From: an uncultured Candidatus Saccharibacteria bacterium
GTDB lineage: Bacteria; Patescibacteriota; Doudnabacteria; UBA920
Length of the DNA: 64,000 nt
Reading direction: 5' to 3'
Assembly (NCBI GenBank): GCA_964436545.1
Contig: CAYTCJ010000001.1
Location: 14,392-78,391 of the forward strand
Each line of letters begins with the position of its first letter. Position 1 is the stretch's first letter. This document shows, piece by piece, positions 37,949-48,548 of the stretch. The notes beneath the pieces were generated by a model that did not search any database, was not told the origin of the DNA, and saw nothing but the letters and a program-made list of their open reading frames with translations. A program made the translations under genes and the position numbers.

Positions 37949-38599
37949 ATGAAAATTCCAGTTTACAATCAACAAGCCGAAGTTGTCGCAGAAATGGATT
38001 TAAATCCTAAGATTTTTGAAGTTAAGCCAAAAGCGCATTTATTGGCCGAAGCGGTGAGAATTCAGCTATCCAATGCCAGACAAGGCGGAGCCAATACTAA
38101 AACTCGAGGTGAAGTAAGAGGTGGGGGTAAAAAACCTTGGAAGCAAAAAGGCACCGGCAGGGCCAGAGCCGGTTCCATAAGAAGTCCGATTTGGCGAGGT
38201 GGGGGTATAACTTTTGGTCCGAAAGCTAACCGAAATTGGGAATTAAAGTTGAACCAGAAAGCCAAGACCCAAGCTCTGTTTATGTCCCTGTCCGATAAAG
38301 CCAAAGAGCAAAAGTTAATTGTTTTAGATAAGTTAACTTTGCCCGAGATGAAGACGAAAGCTTTGGTAAAAATTATGGCAGACTTAAAACAAGGTTTAAA
38401 GACAATGGGGAAAAGTCAGTTGGTGGTGTTATCGGGTAAAGATGAAAACTTAATTAAGTCGGCGCGTAATTTAACTACTGTAAAAACCATTTTTGCCAAG
38501 AACTTGAATTTATTGGAAGTACTTAAAGCCGATACCTTAGTGGTTTTAAAAGATAGCTTGCCGGTAATTGAAAAGACTTATTTAAAGACTAGTAAGTAA
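37949..38599 (+). CDS. rplD: 50S ribosomal protein L4
   Basis: operon position and sequence. Confidence 0.9.
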   Translation: MKIPVYNQQAEVVAEMDLNPKIFEVKPKAHLLAEAVRIQLSNARQGGANTKTRGEVRGGGKKPWKQKGTGRARAGSIRSPIWRGGGITFGPKANRNWELKLNQKAKTQALFMSLSDKAKEQKLIVLDKLTLPEMKTKALVKIMADLKQGLKTMGKSQLVVLSGKDENLIKSARNLTTVKTIFAKNLNLLEVLKADTLVVLKDSLPVIEKTYLKTSK

Positions 38600-38659
38600 T
38601 AGGTAGTAGGTAGCATTTAGTTCTTTCTAAACGCTATTCCTTAAACGCTAAAAATATTT

Positions 38660-39019
38660 ATGGGATTATTTTCTTCCAAAGATGAAAAGTCAGAAACAGC
38701 AGAAACTAAGGTTTCTGAAGTTAAAGTTGTCTTACCAAAGCAGTCGGCTTTACTAATTCCCAGAATTTCCGAAAAATCCGCTCAAGGGGTAAAGCATCAT
38801 AAATATGTGTTTTTAGTGGCTAAAGGTTTAAATAAAATTGAAGTTAAGAAGACTGTGGAAGCGGAATATAAAGTTAAAGTGGTGATGGTGAATATGGTAA
38901 ATGTCAAAGGTAAAAGTAGGCAGTTTGGCAGATTTCCCGGTAAGACTTCCAGTTTTAAAAAAGCCGTAGTTACTTTAAAAGCCGGTGATAGCATTAAAGG
39001 TTTAACTGAAGGGGTTTAA
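38660..39019 (+). CDS. rplW: 50S ribosomal protein L23 (N-terminally extended)
   Basis: operon position and sequence. Confidence 0.85.
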   Translation: MGLFSSKDEKSETAETKVSEVKVVLPKQSALLIPRISEKSAQGVKHHKYVFLVAKGLNKIEVKKTVEAEYKVKVVMVNMVNVKGKSRQFGRFPGKTSSFKKAVVTLKAGDSIKGLTEGV

Positions 39020-39094
39020 ATAGTAAGTAGTGGGTAGTAGGTAGCATTTAGTTCTTTCTAAACGCTACTTACTAAACGCTAACCGCTGATTCAT

Positions 39095-39931
39095 ATGGCC
39101 GTAAAATTATACAATCCAACCAGTCCGGGCAGACGTATCCACAGTGTTACGGATTATTCGATTTTAAAGAAAAAAGTTAAAACACCTAAGTCTTTATTAA
39201 ATTCCAAAGCCAGACCGGCGGGTAGAAATCATTCCGGAAAAATTACTGTTCGTCATCAGGGTGGTGGGCACAGAAGAATTATGAGGACTGTGGATTTTTC
39301 CAGAAACGATAAGTTAGACATTCCCGCTAAAGTTCAAACCGTAGAATATGATCCCACTCGCACTGCTTTTATTTCTTTAGTAGCTTATAAAGACGGCGAG
39401 AAGCGATATATTTTATCACCGAGTGGTTTAAAAGTTGGCGATACGGTAGTGTATAGTCCAAAAGCCGATATTCATCCAGGCAATCGTTTGCCCATAAAAA
39501 ATATTCCAGTAGGAACTTTTATTCACGACATTGAACTTATCCCCGGCGCTGGGGGTAAGGTGGCAAAATCAGCTGGGGCTTATGCTATACTGCAAACGAT
39601 AGAAGCCGGTCACGCTTTACTTAAAATGCCTTCCAGTGAAATTAGAAAAGTGAATGAAAACTGTTTAGCCAGTATTGGTCAGATGTCAAATATAGATTGG
39701 ATGAATGTCCGTATTGGAAAAGCTGGTAGAAGCAGGCATATGGGCTGGAGACCAACAGTAAGAGGAAAAGTTATGAACCCGGTAGACCACCCACACGGTG
39801 GTGGTGAAGGTGTAAACCCGATTGGGCTTAAATATCCGAAAACCCCTTGGGGTAAACATGCTTTGGGTGTTAAAACTAGAGATAAGAAGAAGTATTCTAA
39901 TAAATTTATTATAAAGAGAAGAAGTAAATAG
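39095..39931 (+). CDS. rplB: 50S ribosomal protein L2
   Basis: HPHGGGEG motif. Confidence 0.95.
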   Translation: MAVKLYNPTSPGRRIHSVTDYSILKKKVKTPKSLLNSKARPAGRNHSGKITVRHQGGGHRRIMRTVDFSRNDKLDIPAKVQTVEYDPTRTAFISLVAYKDGEKRYILSPSGLKVGDTVVYSPKADIHPGNRLPIKNIPVGTFIHDIELIPGAGGKVAKSAGAYAILQTIEAGHALLKMPSSEIRKVNENCLASIGQMSNIDWMNVRIGKAGRSRHMGWRPTVRGKVMNPVDHPHGGGEGVNPIGLKYPKTPWGKHALGVKTRDKKKYSNKFIIKRRSK

Positions 39932-40023
39932 TTTACAGATACACAGATAACACGGAATATACAGATTTATATTGAATAAATTTGTATCCGTGATATCTGT
40001 GAAATCCGTGAATCAGTGAACAT

Positions 40024-40353
40024 ATGTCACGATCATCTAAAAAAGGACCATATATAGACCAGAGGCTGTTAAAAAAAGTCTTAAATGCTAAGCGAGGCGC
40101 TCAGATTAAAACCTGGTCGCGCGATTGCACTATTGCTCCGGAATTTGTTGGGTTTACTTTTTTAGTTCATAATGGCCGAAAGCATATTGATGTGTACGTG
40201 ACAGAGAATATGGTTGGACATAAGTTAGGTGAATTTGCTTTAACTCGTAAGTTTACCAGACACGGTGGTAAGATGGCGAAAGAACAAGAAATGGCTGCCG
40301 CAGCTGCAGAAAAAGCCAAATTAGAAGCCAGTAAGGAGCCTGTAAAGAAGTAA
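40024..40353 (+). CDS. rpsS: 30S ribosomal protein S19 (Ala-rich C-terminal extension)
   Basis: sequence and position. Confidence 0.9.
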   Translation: MSRSSKKGPYIDQRLLKKVLNAKRGAQIKTWSRDCTIAPEFVGFTFLVHNGRKHIDVYVTENMVGHKLGEFALTRKFTRHGGKMAKEQEMAAAAAEKAKLEASKEPVKK

Positions 40354-40435
40354 GTGCATGTTAACATGCAATCATCCTAACATCTTATCATCAGAAATAG
40401 CAGTTGTTAGAATGTTAAAATGATAGAATGTTTAA

Positions 40436-41023
40436 ATGAGTTATATGACAAAAGAACAACAGTTAAAAACTGAATCAGTAAAACTTGTTAAGGCATTTGC
40501 CCGCGATCTTAGAATTGCCCCTAGAAAAATTCGTTTAGTGGCAAATTTGGTTAAGGGTATGAATGTTAATTCAGCTATGGTTCAACTTCAGCATATGCAC
40601 CAAAAAGCCGCTCCAATGGTGGCCAGATTAATTAAGAGTGCTATAGCTAATGCCAAAAATAATTTTTCTTTAGATACTGATAAATTGTTTGTTCACAGTA
40701 TTACAGCTGACATGGGTAAATCTATGAAGAGATATTTTCCCAGAGCGAGAGGCAGTGCTTTTGTTATCCGCCGAAAGTTATCTCATTTAAATGTAGTTTT
40801 AGTAGAGAAAAATGCAGGTAAAGGCAGTAAAGTAAAATTAGATTTATTTAAGAAAAAAGCCGAGCACAAAGATTCACATAATATAGATAAAGAGGAAGCG
40901 GTAAATACTCCTGTGCCCAAAGTGTTAGGTAAAAAGAGCGAAGTGTTTAAGACTGAACAGCAAGTGAAGTTGAATCAAGCCCAAAACAAGCGAAGATTAT
41001 TTAATCGAAAGAGCGGAGAATAA
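40436..41023 (+). CDS. rplV: 50S ribosomal protein L22 with ~80-aa basic C-terminal extension
   Basis: sequence and position. Confidence 0.85.
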   Translation: MSYMTKEQQLKTESVKLVKAFARDLRIAPRKIRLVANLVKGMNVNSAMVQLQHMHQKAAPMVARLIKSAIANAKNNFSLDTDKLFVHSITADMGKSMKRYFPRARGSAFVIRRKLSHLNVVLVEKNAGKGSKVKLDLFKKKAEHKDSHNIDKEEAVNTPVPKVLGKKSEVFKTEQQVKLNQAQNKRRLFNRKSGE

Positions 41024-41104
41024 TTAATAGTCAAAAAGCGATTAGCAAATAGTGATTAGGATAAGATACTACTCACTAAGCACTACTCACTAAGCACTAA
41101 TTTT

Positions 41105-41779
41105 ATGGGTCATAAGATCAATCCAACATCAATAAGAATGAAAATCACCGAGGACTGGAAGTCCCGCTGGTTTGCTAAGCCCGCTCAATTTTCTAAAGTT
41201 TTGGCAGAAGATGCCAAGATTAGAGAGTATTTGGAAAAGCATTTAAAGAAAGCCGGTTTAGTAAGATTAGATATTGAACGAACCAATAAAGGCACAGTGA
41301 CAATTACAGTCAAGACAACTAAGCCCGGGTTAATTATTGGTAAAGGTGGAGCTGGAATCGAAGAATTGAAGAAAAAGATTAAGCAAAAATTAAGAATTCA
41401 AACTGAGCTAAAAGTAAATATAGAAGAAGTCCGCGATATTAATTTACAAGCAATGGCAATTGCTAATTCCATTGCCGAACAAATTGAGAAACGAGTTGCC
41501 TTTAGAAAACTCATGAAGCAATCTTTGGAGCAAATTATGAATGCTGGTGCAAGAGGTGCTAAGGTGGCGATTGGTGGAAGATTAAACGGAGCGGAAATTG
41601 CCAGAACCGAACATTTGTCGCAAGGTAAAATTCCTTTACACACTTTAAGAGCCAATATCGATTTTGCGAGAAGTACTGCTTTTACCACTTACGGCACAGT
41701 TGGCATTAAAGTCTGGATTTATAAAGGAGATGTGTTTGAGGAAAAAAATCAAAATTCAAAAATTAAAATTCAAAATTAA
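41105..41779 (+). CDS. rpsC: 30S ribosomal protein S3
   Basis: KH domain GKGGAGIEELKK. Confidence 0.95.
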   Translation: MGHKINPTSIRMKITEDWKSRWFAKPAQFSKVLAEDAKIREYLEKHLKKAGLVRLDIERTNKGTVTITVKTTKPGLIIGKGGAGIEELKKKIKQKLRIQTELKVNIEEVRDINLQAMAIANSIAEQIEKRVAFRKLMKQSLEQIMNAGARGAKVAIGGRLNGAEIARTEHLSQGKIPLHTLRANIDFARSTAFTTYGTVGIKVWIYKGDVFEEKNQNSKIKIQN

Positions 41780-41845
41780 AGAGTTTTGTCGAAGGCAAAA
41801 CACCTAAATTTTACAGTTTGATATTTACATTTTAAATTATTTTTT

Positions 41846-42250
41846 ATGTTCATACCGAAGAAACTTAAACACCGCAAACACCATCGCGGTCATACCAAGG
41901 GTCAAGCCAATGCCGGGGCGACTATTGCTTTTGGGCAGTTTGCCTTAAAAGCCATAGAAAGTTCATGGGTGACTGCCAGGCAAATTGAGTCAGCCAGACG
42001 CGCTATGACTCGTTATGTGCAACGAGGGGGTAAGATTTGGATTAGACTTTTTGCCGATAAACCGGTGACAGTGCACGGTAATGAAAGCCCCATGGGTGGA
42101 GGTAAAGGTGCGGTAGACCATTTTGTTTCCGTGGTAAAGAAAGGTAAAATTTTATTTGAAATGGACGGCGTCACTCGCGAACAAGCCGAAGAAGCCATGA
42201 GACTCGCCAGTTATAAATTGCCGGTAAAGACTAAGTTTTTAGTTAAATAA
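41846..42250 (+). CDS. rplP: 50S ribosomal protein L16
   Basis: sequence and position. Confidence 0.95.
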   Translation: MFIPKKLKHRKHHRGHTKGQANAGATIAFGQFALKAIESSWVTARQIESARRAMTRYVQRGGKIWIRLFADKPVTVHGNESPMGGGKGAVDHFVSVVKKGKILFEMDGVTREQAEEAMRLASYKLPVKTKFLVK

Positions 42251-42270
42251 TGTTTTAAAGAGTTTATTCT

Positions 42271-42450
42271 ATGAAATTTAATGAATTGAAAATTAAATCT
42301 AAGGAAGAATTGGTAGTCCTGCTTAAGGATTTAAAGAAGCAAATGGCGGAATTATCCGTTAAATTGAAGCTGAATCAGGAAAAGCAAAACCATAAATTAA
42401 AAGTGTTAAAAAAAGATATTGCCAGAGTTATGACAATTTTACAGTATTAA
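42271..42450 (+). CDS. rpmC: 50S ribosomal protein L29 (59 aa), not in the supplied ORF track
   Basis: hand translation MKFNELKIKSKEELVVLLKDLKKQMAELS... Confidence 0.8.
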   Translation: MKFNELKIKSKEELVVLLKDLKKQMAELSVKLKLNQEKQNHKLKVLKKDIARVMTILQY

Positions 42451-42462
42451 TTTTTTGAATAT

Positions 42463-42708
42463 ATGGATACAATTTCTCAAAAACAACAAATGCGAGGACT
42501 GGTAATTTCCAATAAGATGGATAAAACCGTAGTCGTGAAGGTGGATATTCGGAAGCGACACCCCAAGTATAAAAAGTCCTACACAGTTTCCAGGAAGTTT
42601 AAAGCTCACGATGCCAATAACGAGTACCAAATTGGAGATAAAGTAGTCATTGAAGCCACCCGGCCCATTAGTAAAGAGAAGAAATTTAAAGTATTAAGTA
42701 AAATATAG
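42463..42708 (+). CDS. rpsQ: 30S ribosomal protein S17
   Basis: sequence and position. Confidence 0.9.
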   Translation: MDTISQKQQMRGLVISNKMDKTVVVKVDIRKRHPKYKKSYTVSRKFKAHDANNEYQIGDKVVIEATRPISKEKKFKVLSKI

Positions 42709-42779
42709 CCTTGAGTAAGTAGTGGGTAGCATTTAGTTACCGGCTACTCACTAATTGCTACTCACTAATCGCTAATTCT

Positions 42780-43172
42780 ATGTTACAAGTAAGAAGTTGG
42801 ATTAAAATAGCAGACAACACCGGCGCGAGAGTCGTTAATGTTTTTAGCGTGAATGGAAAAAATAAGAATCGTTATGCTCGAGTGGGAAGTATTGTCGCGG
42901 GAAGTGTAAAAGTGGCAGATCCTAACAGCGGTTATAAAAAAGGTGATAAAGTCTATGCTTTAATTGTGCGAACCAGAAAAGAAATGAGACGTAAAGATGG
43001 TTCTTATATAAGATTTGATGAAAATGCCGGCGTGCTGGTTAGTAAAGAATCCGGTGAGCCCAAAGGGACACGTATTTTTGGTCCCATTCCGAGAGAAGTT
43101 AAAGAGTTTGCTTTGGGTGAATTTGAAGACGGACTTAAAAAGATTTTATCCTTAGCTCCAGAAGTAATTTAA
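42780..43172 (+). CDS. rplN: 50S ribosomal protein L14
   Basis: sequence and position. Confidence 0.95.
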   Translation: MLQVRSWIKIADNTGARVVNVFSVNGKNKNRYARVGSIVAGSVKVADPNSGYKKGDKVYALIVRTRKEMRRKDGSYIRFDENAGVLVSKESGEPKGTRIFGPIPREVKEFALGEFEDGLKKILSLAPEVI

Positions 43173-43271
43173 AACGCCGATATGACGCTGAATTAAACAA
43201 ACCGCTGAACTAACGCGGAAAACATCAGCGACATTCAGTGTATTAATCAGCGATTAATTAGCGGTATAAAT

Positions 43272-43589
43272 ATGAATAAATTAAGATTAAAAAAAGGTGA
43301 TTCGGTAAAGGTGTTATCGGGCAAAGATAAAGGGAAGACCGGAAAGATTTTGGAAGTTTTGCCTAAAATTTTTAAAGTGGTAGTAGAAGGTGTCAACACC
43401 CATACTCGTTTTGAAAAGAGTAAAAAGGCCGGGCAACCGGGTAAAAAGGTTGAATTTTTTTCTCCTTTACCAATTAGCAAGGTTCAGTTGTTAGACCCGG
43501 ATTCCGGTAAGCCAACCCGAGTGGGTTATAACCTATTAGAGAATAAAACTAAAGAGCGGATTGCAAAAGTAAGTAAGAAAGTAATATAA
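43272..43589 (+). CDS. rplX: 50S ribosomal protein L24
   Basis: KOW motif. Confidence 0.9.
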   Translation: MNKLRLKKGDSVKVLSGKDKGKTGKILEVLPKIFKVVVEGVNTHTRFEKSKKAGQPGKKVEFFSPLPISKVQLLDPDSGKPTRVGYNLLENKTKERIAKVSKKVI

Positions 43590-43590
43590 A

Positions 43591-43653
43591 AGTAGTAAGT
43601 TGTAAGTTAGTAAGTAGTAAGTACTTACAACCTACAACTTACCAACTTACAAC
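43591..43653. repeat. palindromic spacer repeat copy 2 (lacks central cctgcc core)
   Basis: gtaagttgtaagt / acttacaac arms. Confidence 0.55.
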
Positions 43654-43661
43654 TATCACAT

Positions 43662-44201
43662 ATGGAAAGATTGCAAGCAAAATATAATAAGGAAATTATT
43701 CCAGCTTTAACCACTAAGTTTGGTTTTAAGAATGTTATGGAAGTGCCAAAAATTGTTAAGGTGGTTTTGAATGTGGGCTTGGGGAAAATTAAAGAAGATA
43801 AAAAGAAGATCGATTTAACTTTTGAAGATGTAAAGAAAATTGCCGGACAGTCGCCGGTTAAAACCAAAGCCAGAAAATCCATTTCCGGTTTTAAAGTTAG
43901 AGAGAATCAAGTGGTGGGTTTAATGTGCACTTTACGCGGATACAGAATGTATAGTTTTTTGGATAAATTAATTAACGTGGCGTTGCCTCGCGTAAGAGAT
44001 TTTCAAGGCGTATCGGCCGAGGGGTTTGACGGCAGAGGCAATTATCATTTGGGTATGAAAGAACAGATTGTGTTTCCCGAAGTGCCGGCTGACTCCTTAG
44101 AAAATATTTTTGGTTTTGAAATTTCCATAGTTACTAACGCGCATAAAGATGAACCGGCAAGAGAGTTATTAAAATTAATGGGTTTCCCTTTTAAGAAGTA
44201 G
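43662..44201 (+). CDS. rplE: 50S ribosomal protein L5
   Basis: sequence and position. Confidence 0.95.
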   Translation: MERLQAKYNKEIIPALTTKFGFKNVMEVPKIVKVVLNVGLGKIKEDKKKIDLTFEDVKKIAGQSPVKTKARKSISGFKVRENQVVGLMCTLRGYRMYSFLDKLINVALPRVRDFQGVSAEGFDGRGNYHLGMKEQIVFPEVPADSLENIFGFEISIVTNAHKDEPARELLKLMGFPFKK

Positions 44202-44283
44202 TAAGTTGTAAGTGGGTAAGTAGCCTGCCTGACGGCAAGGCAGGTAAGTACTTACAACTTTACAACTTAGAACTTACAACTAA
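44197..44283. repeat. palindromic spacer repeat copy 3
   Basis: near-identical to copy 1. Confidence 0.6.
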
Positions 44284-44286
44284 GTT

Positions 44287-44481
44287 ATGGCTACACAAGC
44301 TCAAATCGCCAAATCATTAAGAAGCAGAAAAAAACCCAAGTTTTCCACGCGGGTAGTAAGACGTTGTTTTAGATGCGGTAGAAAAGCCGGCTACATTCGA
44401 GATTTTGATTTATGCAGAATCTGTTTTAGAGAAATGGCCAGTCGGGGGGAAATTCCGGGAATCGTTAAAGCAAGTTGGTAA
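44287..44481 (+). CDS. rpsZ: 30S ribosomal protein S14 type Z (zinc-binding)
   Basis: CxxC...CxxC. Confidence 0.9.
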   Translation: MATQAQIAKSLRSRKKPKFSTRVVRRCFRCGRKAGYIRDFDLCRICFREMASRGEIPGIVKASW

Positions 44482-44580
44482 TTAAATATAAGAGATAAGA
44501 GAATAGTGAATTGAGAATAGAAAAAGAATTGGTTTCTCCTAATCACTAATCACTAAGCACTAATAACTAAGTAATAAATT

Positions 44581-44973
44581 ATGTTTACCGATCCAATTTC
44601 CGACATGTTAACCAGAATAAGAAACTCTGTAGTCGCTAAAAAAAGCGAAGTGGTTTTGCCTTTTTCAAAATTTAAAAAAGCTTTAGCTGAAGTTTTGGTT
44701 AAAGAAGGCTTTGTTAAATCGGTGAAGGAATTGGCAGGTGAACATAAAATGTTAGCTTTAGAATTAAAATATTCCAGTGAAGGTGAGCCGGTAATTTCAG
44801 GTATTAAGCGAGTCAGCAAGCCCGGACAAAGAATTTATTTGCCTTTTATTAAAATCCCCAGAACCAATAGTGGCTTTGGTGTTACGATAGTTTCCACCTC
44901 TAAAGGTTTATTTACCGATAAAGAAGCTAGAAAGTTAAAGATGGGGGGCGAAGTAATTTGTCAGGTTTGGTAG
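44581..44973 (+). CDS. rpsH: 30S ribosomal protein S8
   Basis: sequence and position. Confidence 0.95.
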   Translation: MFTDPISDMLTRIRNSVVAKKSEVVLPFSKFKKALAEVLVKEGFVKSVKELAGEHKMLALELKYSSEGEPVISGIKRVSKPGQRIYLPFIKIPRTNSGFGVTIVSTSKGLFTDKEARKLKMGGEVICQVW

Positions 44974-45070
44974 AAAATGCAAAATTATAGAGTGCTTCGC
45001 GACATTTAATAGAACAGTTCCGAAGGAACAACTAAATTTTACACTTTGATTTTTAAACTTTAAATTATAT

Positions 45071-45625
45071 ATGAGCAGAATAGGCAAAAAACCAGTAGTT
45101 ATCCCCAGTGGCGTTAAGGTAGAACTTAAGGACCTTGAGTTAAAGGTGTCCGGACCAAAAGGCAATTTGCAAATGCAGGTTCATCCACAAGTAAAGGTGA
45201 CGGCCAACGATAAAGAAGTATTGGTGGATGTGGCGGATAAAGCCAATAAAAAACAGAAGGCATTATGGGGTCTTACCCGTTCTTTAATCCAAAATTTAGT
45301 GGATGGGGTTAACAAAGGTTTTGAGAAAAAATTAGAAGTGAACGGAGTGGGTTTTAAAGTGGTGGCTACGGGAGCCAAACTTACTCTCTCTTTGGGTTTT
45401 TCTCATCCGATTGAAATGACAGCCCCCGCTGGTGTTACTGTGGCAGTAGAAAAAAATCTAATTACCATTTCCGGTGCCGATAAGCAAAAAGTTGGTCAAT
45501 TTGCCGCTGAAGTTCGCGAGTTAAAGAAACCTGAACCGTATAAAGGCAAAGGCATAAAGTATCTCGATGAAGTGATTCAAAGAAAAGCCGGAAAAGTCGT
45601 GAAAGTGGTAGGAGGCGGGAAGTAA
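45071..45625 (+). CDS. rplF: 50S ribosomal protein L6
   Basis: sequence and position. Confidence 0.95.
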   Translation: MSRIGKKPVVIPSGVKVELKDLELKVSGPKGNLQMQVHPQVKVTANDKEVLVDVADKANKKQKALWGLTRSLIQNLVDGVNKGFEKKLEVNGVGFKVVATGAKLTLSLGFSHPIEMTAPAGVTVAVEKNLITISGADKQKVGQFAAEVRELKKPEPYKGKGIKYLDEVIQRKAGKVVKVVGGGK

Positions 45626-45627
45626 AC

Positions 45628-45713
45628 AGTAGTAAGTTGTAAGTTAGTAAGTAGCCTGCCTGACGGCAAGGCAGGTAAGTGCTTACAACTTTACAACTTA
45701 GTACTTACAACTA
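45628..45713. repeat. palindromic spacer repeat copy 4
   Basis: near-identical to copy 1. Confidence 0.6.
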
Positions 45714-45718
45714 ATTAT

Positions 45719-46072
45719 ATGAACAAGAACAAGCAAAAAAATATTAAGCGAATAATTCGACACAATCGGGTAAGAGCCAAGATTGCGGGCACGGCTACTG
45801 TGCCTAGACTTTCGGTTTTTAGAAGTCAAGGACACATTTACGCACAAATTATAGATGATGTAACCGGAAAAACTTTGGTTTCCGCCAATAGTCAGAAATT
45901 GGGCTTAAAGTTAAAAAAGAGCGAGATTGCCAAAGAAGTAGGCAAAAATGTGGCCAATTTGGCTTTAAAGCAAAATATTGCTACAGTAGTTTATGATAGA
46001 GGCGGGTATAAATATCACGGTAGAGTGAAAGCTTTAGCCGAAGGTGCTCGGGAAGTAGGACTTAAGTTTTAA
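45719..46072 (+). CDS. rplR: 50S ribosomal protein L18
   Basis: sequence and position. Confidence 0.9.
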   Translation: MNKNKQKNIKRIIRHNRVRAKIAGTATVPRLSVFRSQGHIYAQIIDDVTGKTLVSANSQKLGLKLKKSEIAKEVGKNVANLALKQNIATVVYDRGGYKYHGRVKALAEGAREVGLKF

Positions 46073-46179
46073 TCAATCAAATCCTCGAATAAAACGAATC
46101 CGCGAATGTGTACAAATATAAGTATTCGCAAATTCGGAATCACTCGTAGATTTGTCTAATTTGTATATTTGTTATATTT

Positions 46180-46686
46180 ATGGAAAAAAGACGAAGACAA
46201 CAGAATAAAGACGGCGAACAAGCCCAAGAAAGAAGCGAGTTTGACCAAAAAGTTGTAGAGGTTAAAAGAGTAACTCGGGTTATGGCCGGGGGTAAGAGAA
46301 TGCGTTTTAGGGCTTTAGTCGTGATTGGGGATCATAAGGGCCGAGTGGGAGCGGGTTTAAGAAAAGGTATGGATTTCTCCGATAGCGTAGCCAAAGCTAC
46401 TGCCGCTGCCAAAAAAGAGTTAATTAGTTTGCCTCTAGTAAACGGGACCATTCCCCATATGGTTAACATTAAATATAAATCCAGCAAATTAGCTTTAATG
46501 CCTGCCAAAGCCGGTAGCGGGGTAATTGCCGGAGGTGCCATTCGAAGCGTAATGGAATTGGCCGGTGTAAAGAATGTGGTAAGTAAAATGTTAGGCTCCA
46601 ATAATAAAGTTAATAATGTTAAAGCGGTATTTGAAGCTTTTAAGCAAATGAAGAGCAAAGCGGATATTAGTAAAATGCGCAAGTAA
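46180..46686 (+). CDS. rpsE: 30S ribosomal protein S5
   Basis: sequence and position. Confidence 0.95.
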   Translation: MEKRRRQQNKDGEQAQERSEFDQKVVEVKRVTRVMAGGKRMRFRALVVIGDHKGRVGAGLRKGMDFSDSVAKATAAAKKELISLPLVNGTIPHMVNIKYKSSKLALMPAKAGSGVIAGGAIRSVMELAGVKNVVSKMLGSNNKVNNVKAVFEAFKQMKSKADISKMRK

Positions 46687-46763
46687 TTACTTAGCATTTA
46701 GTAAGTAGTAGGTAGCATTTAGCTTCCGCTATTCACTAAACGCTACTCACTAAACGTTATTCT

Positions 46764-47198
46764 ATGATTAAATTACATCAACTTAAAAAACATCCAAAAT
46801 CTACGCACCGAAGAAAAGTTGTGGGACGCGGTTTGGGTAGCGGACACGGCACTTATTCCACTCGAGGGGGGAAAGGTCAAACGGCTAGAACCGGACATAG
46901 TAAAATGCCGGCTAATTTTGAAGGCGGTCGTCAACCCTTGGTAAGACAAATGCCTAAATTAAGAGGTTTTAGTGCTTTAAGCGACAAGCATGCGATTTTG
47001 GCTTTAGATGAGTTAAATGTTTTTGCGGATAATGATATAATTGATTTACCCGCTTTAAAGCAAAAAAAGTTAGTCGATGCCAATGTGAGTAAAGTAAAAA
47101 TTTTACAAGGTGAAATCAAAAAGAAATTAAACATCAAATTACCGATTTCCGCATCAGCTAAATTGGCGGTAGAAAAGCTCGGCGGGAAAATTTTATAA
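46764..47198 (+). CDS. rplO: 50S ribosomal protein L15 (no L30 gene between S5 and L15)
   Basis: sequence and position. Confidence 0.9.
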   Translation: MIKLHQLKKHPKSTHRRKVVGRGLGSGHGTYSTRGGKGQTARTGHSKMPANFEGGRQPLVRQMPKLRGFSALSDKHAILALDELNVFADNDIIDLPALKQKKLVDANVSKVKILQGEIKKKLNIKLPISASAKLAVEKLGGKIL

Positions 47199-47267
47199 GA
47201 GCGAGTAGGGCTTAGCGGATAGGGTATGGAAACCTAAACGCTAAATGCTACACGCTAAACGCTAAAA

Positions 47268-48548
47268 ATGAACAAATTATTGTTAATTTGGAAAACTAAA
47301 GATCTTAGAACCAAAATTCTAATTGTGTTTGGTTTGCTTTTAATTACTCGTGTGTTAGCCAGCGTGCCGATTCCGGGCATTGATGCCTCTAACTTAAAAG
47401 CGCTGTTTCAACAAAGTCAATTTTTGGGTTTGCTAAATATTTTTTCCGGAGGCGGACTTACCAATTTCTCCATTGCCATGATGGGAGTAGGGCCGTACAT
47501 TACCGCATCCATTATTATGCAATTGTTAACGATTATTGTGCCCAGTTTGGCGGAATTACAAAAGGAAGGCGGGGAAGCCGGTAGAGCGCAAATTAATATG
47601 TATACTCGGTATTTAACTATCCCCTTAGCAATTTTGCAAGGTTTTGGCACTATTCGGTTATTGCAAAGCCAAGGGGGAGCTGCGGTGTTGGGCAATTTTA
47701 ATGCTTTCCAATGGTTTGTTACGTTGTTATCCATTACTGCCGGGACTTTGTTTTTAATGTGGCTGGGAGAAATTATGTCCGAATACGATGTAGGTAATGG
47801 AGTGTCTTTAATTATTTTTGCCGGGATTGTGGCTCAATTGCCATCTAGTTTGTTGTTTTTAAAAGATTGGTATGACCCCAGTAAATTACCGGTAGTGTTA
47901 GGTTTTGTGGCTGTAATTTTGGTGGTTATTGCCGGTGTGGTGTTAGCTACCGAAGCTCAAAGAAATGTACCAATTGCATATGCTAAACGGGTGAGAGGAA
48001 ATAAATTGTTTGGGGGAGTAGATACGCATTTGCCTTTAAGGTTAAACCAAGCAGGTGTAATTCCCATTATTTTTGCCATTTCCATTATGCTTTTTCCCGC
48101 TATGGTAGCTCAGTTTTTTATTAACGCGAAGTCGCCTTTCTTAGCTAATAATGCGCAAAGAGTGATTGATTTGTTTAATTCCCAAGGGTGGTTTTACGGG
48201 ATTGTGTATTTTGTTTTAGTGATGGCTTTTACTTATTTTTACACCGCGGTAATTTTTAACCCCACGGAAATTGCAGAAAATGTGCAAAGGAATGGCGGGT
48301 TTATTCCGGGACTTCGGCCTGGCACCCAGACTGCGGAATTTTTAGACAAAGTTTTAAACAGAATAACTTTAGCCGGGGCATTTTTCTTAGCGCTGATTGC
48401 GGTTTTGCCGTTGATTATGCAAAATTTAAGTGGCGCTCGGGCTTTGAGTTTTGGTGGAACTTCGCTCTTGATCGCTGTGTCAGTAGTTATTGAAATAATC
48501 AAAAAGATTGACGCCCAATTGACTATGCACGATTACGAAGGCTTTTAG
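47268..48548 (+). CDS. secY: Preprotein translocase subunit SecY
   Basis: 10-TM pattern, conserved SecY segments. Confidence 0.95.
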   Translation: MNKLLLIWKTKDLRTKILIVFGLLLITRVLASVPIPGIDASNLKALFQQSQFLGLLNIFSGGGLTNFSIAMMGVGPYITASIIMQLLTIIVPSLAELQKEGGEAGRAQINMYTRYLTIPLAILQGFGTIRLLQSQGGAAVLGNFNAFQWFVTLLSITAGTLFLMWLGEIMSEYDVGNGVSLIIFAGIVAQLPSSLLFLKDWYDPSKLPVVLGFVAVILVVIAGVVLATEAQRNVPIAYAKRVRGNKLFGGVDTHLPLRLNQAGVIPIIFAISIMLFPAMVAQFFINAKSPFLANNAQRVIDLFNSQGWFYGIVYFVLVMAFTYFYTAVIFNPTEIAENVQRNGGFIPGLRPGTQTAEFLDKVLNRITLAGAFFLALIAVLPLIMQNLSGARALSFGGTSLLIAVSVVIEIIKKIDAQLTMHDYEGF

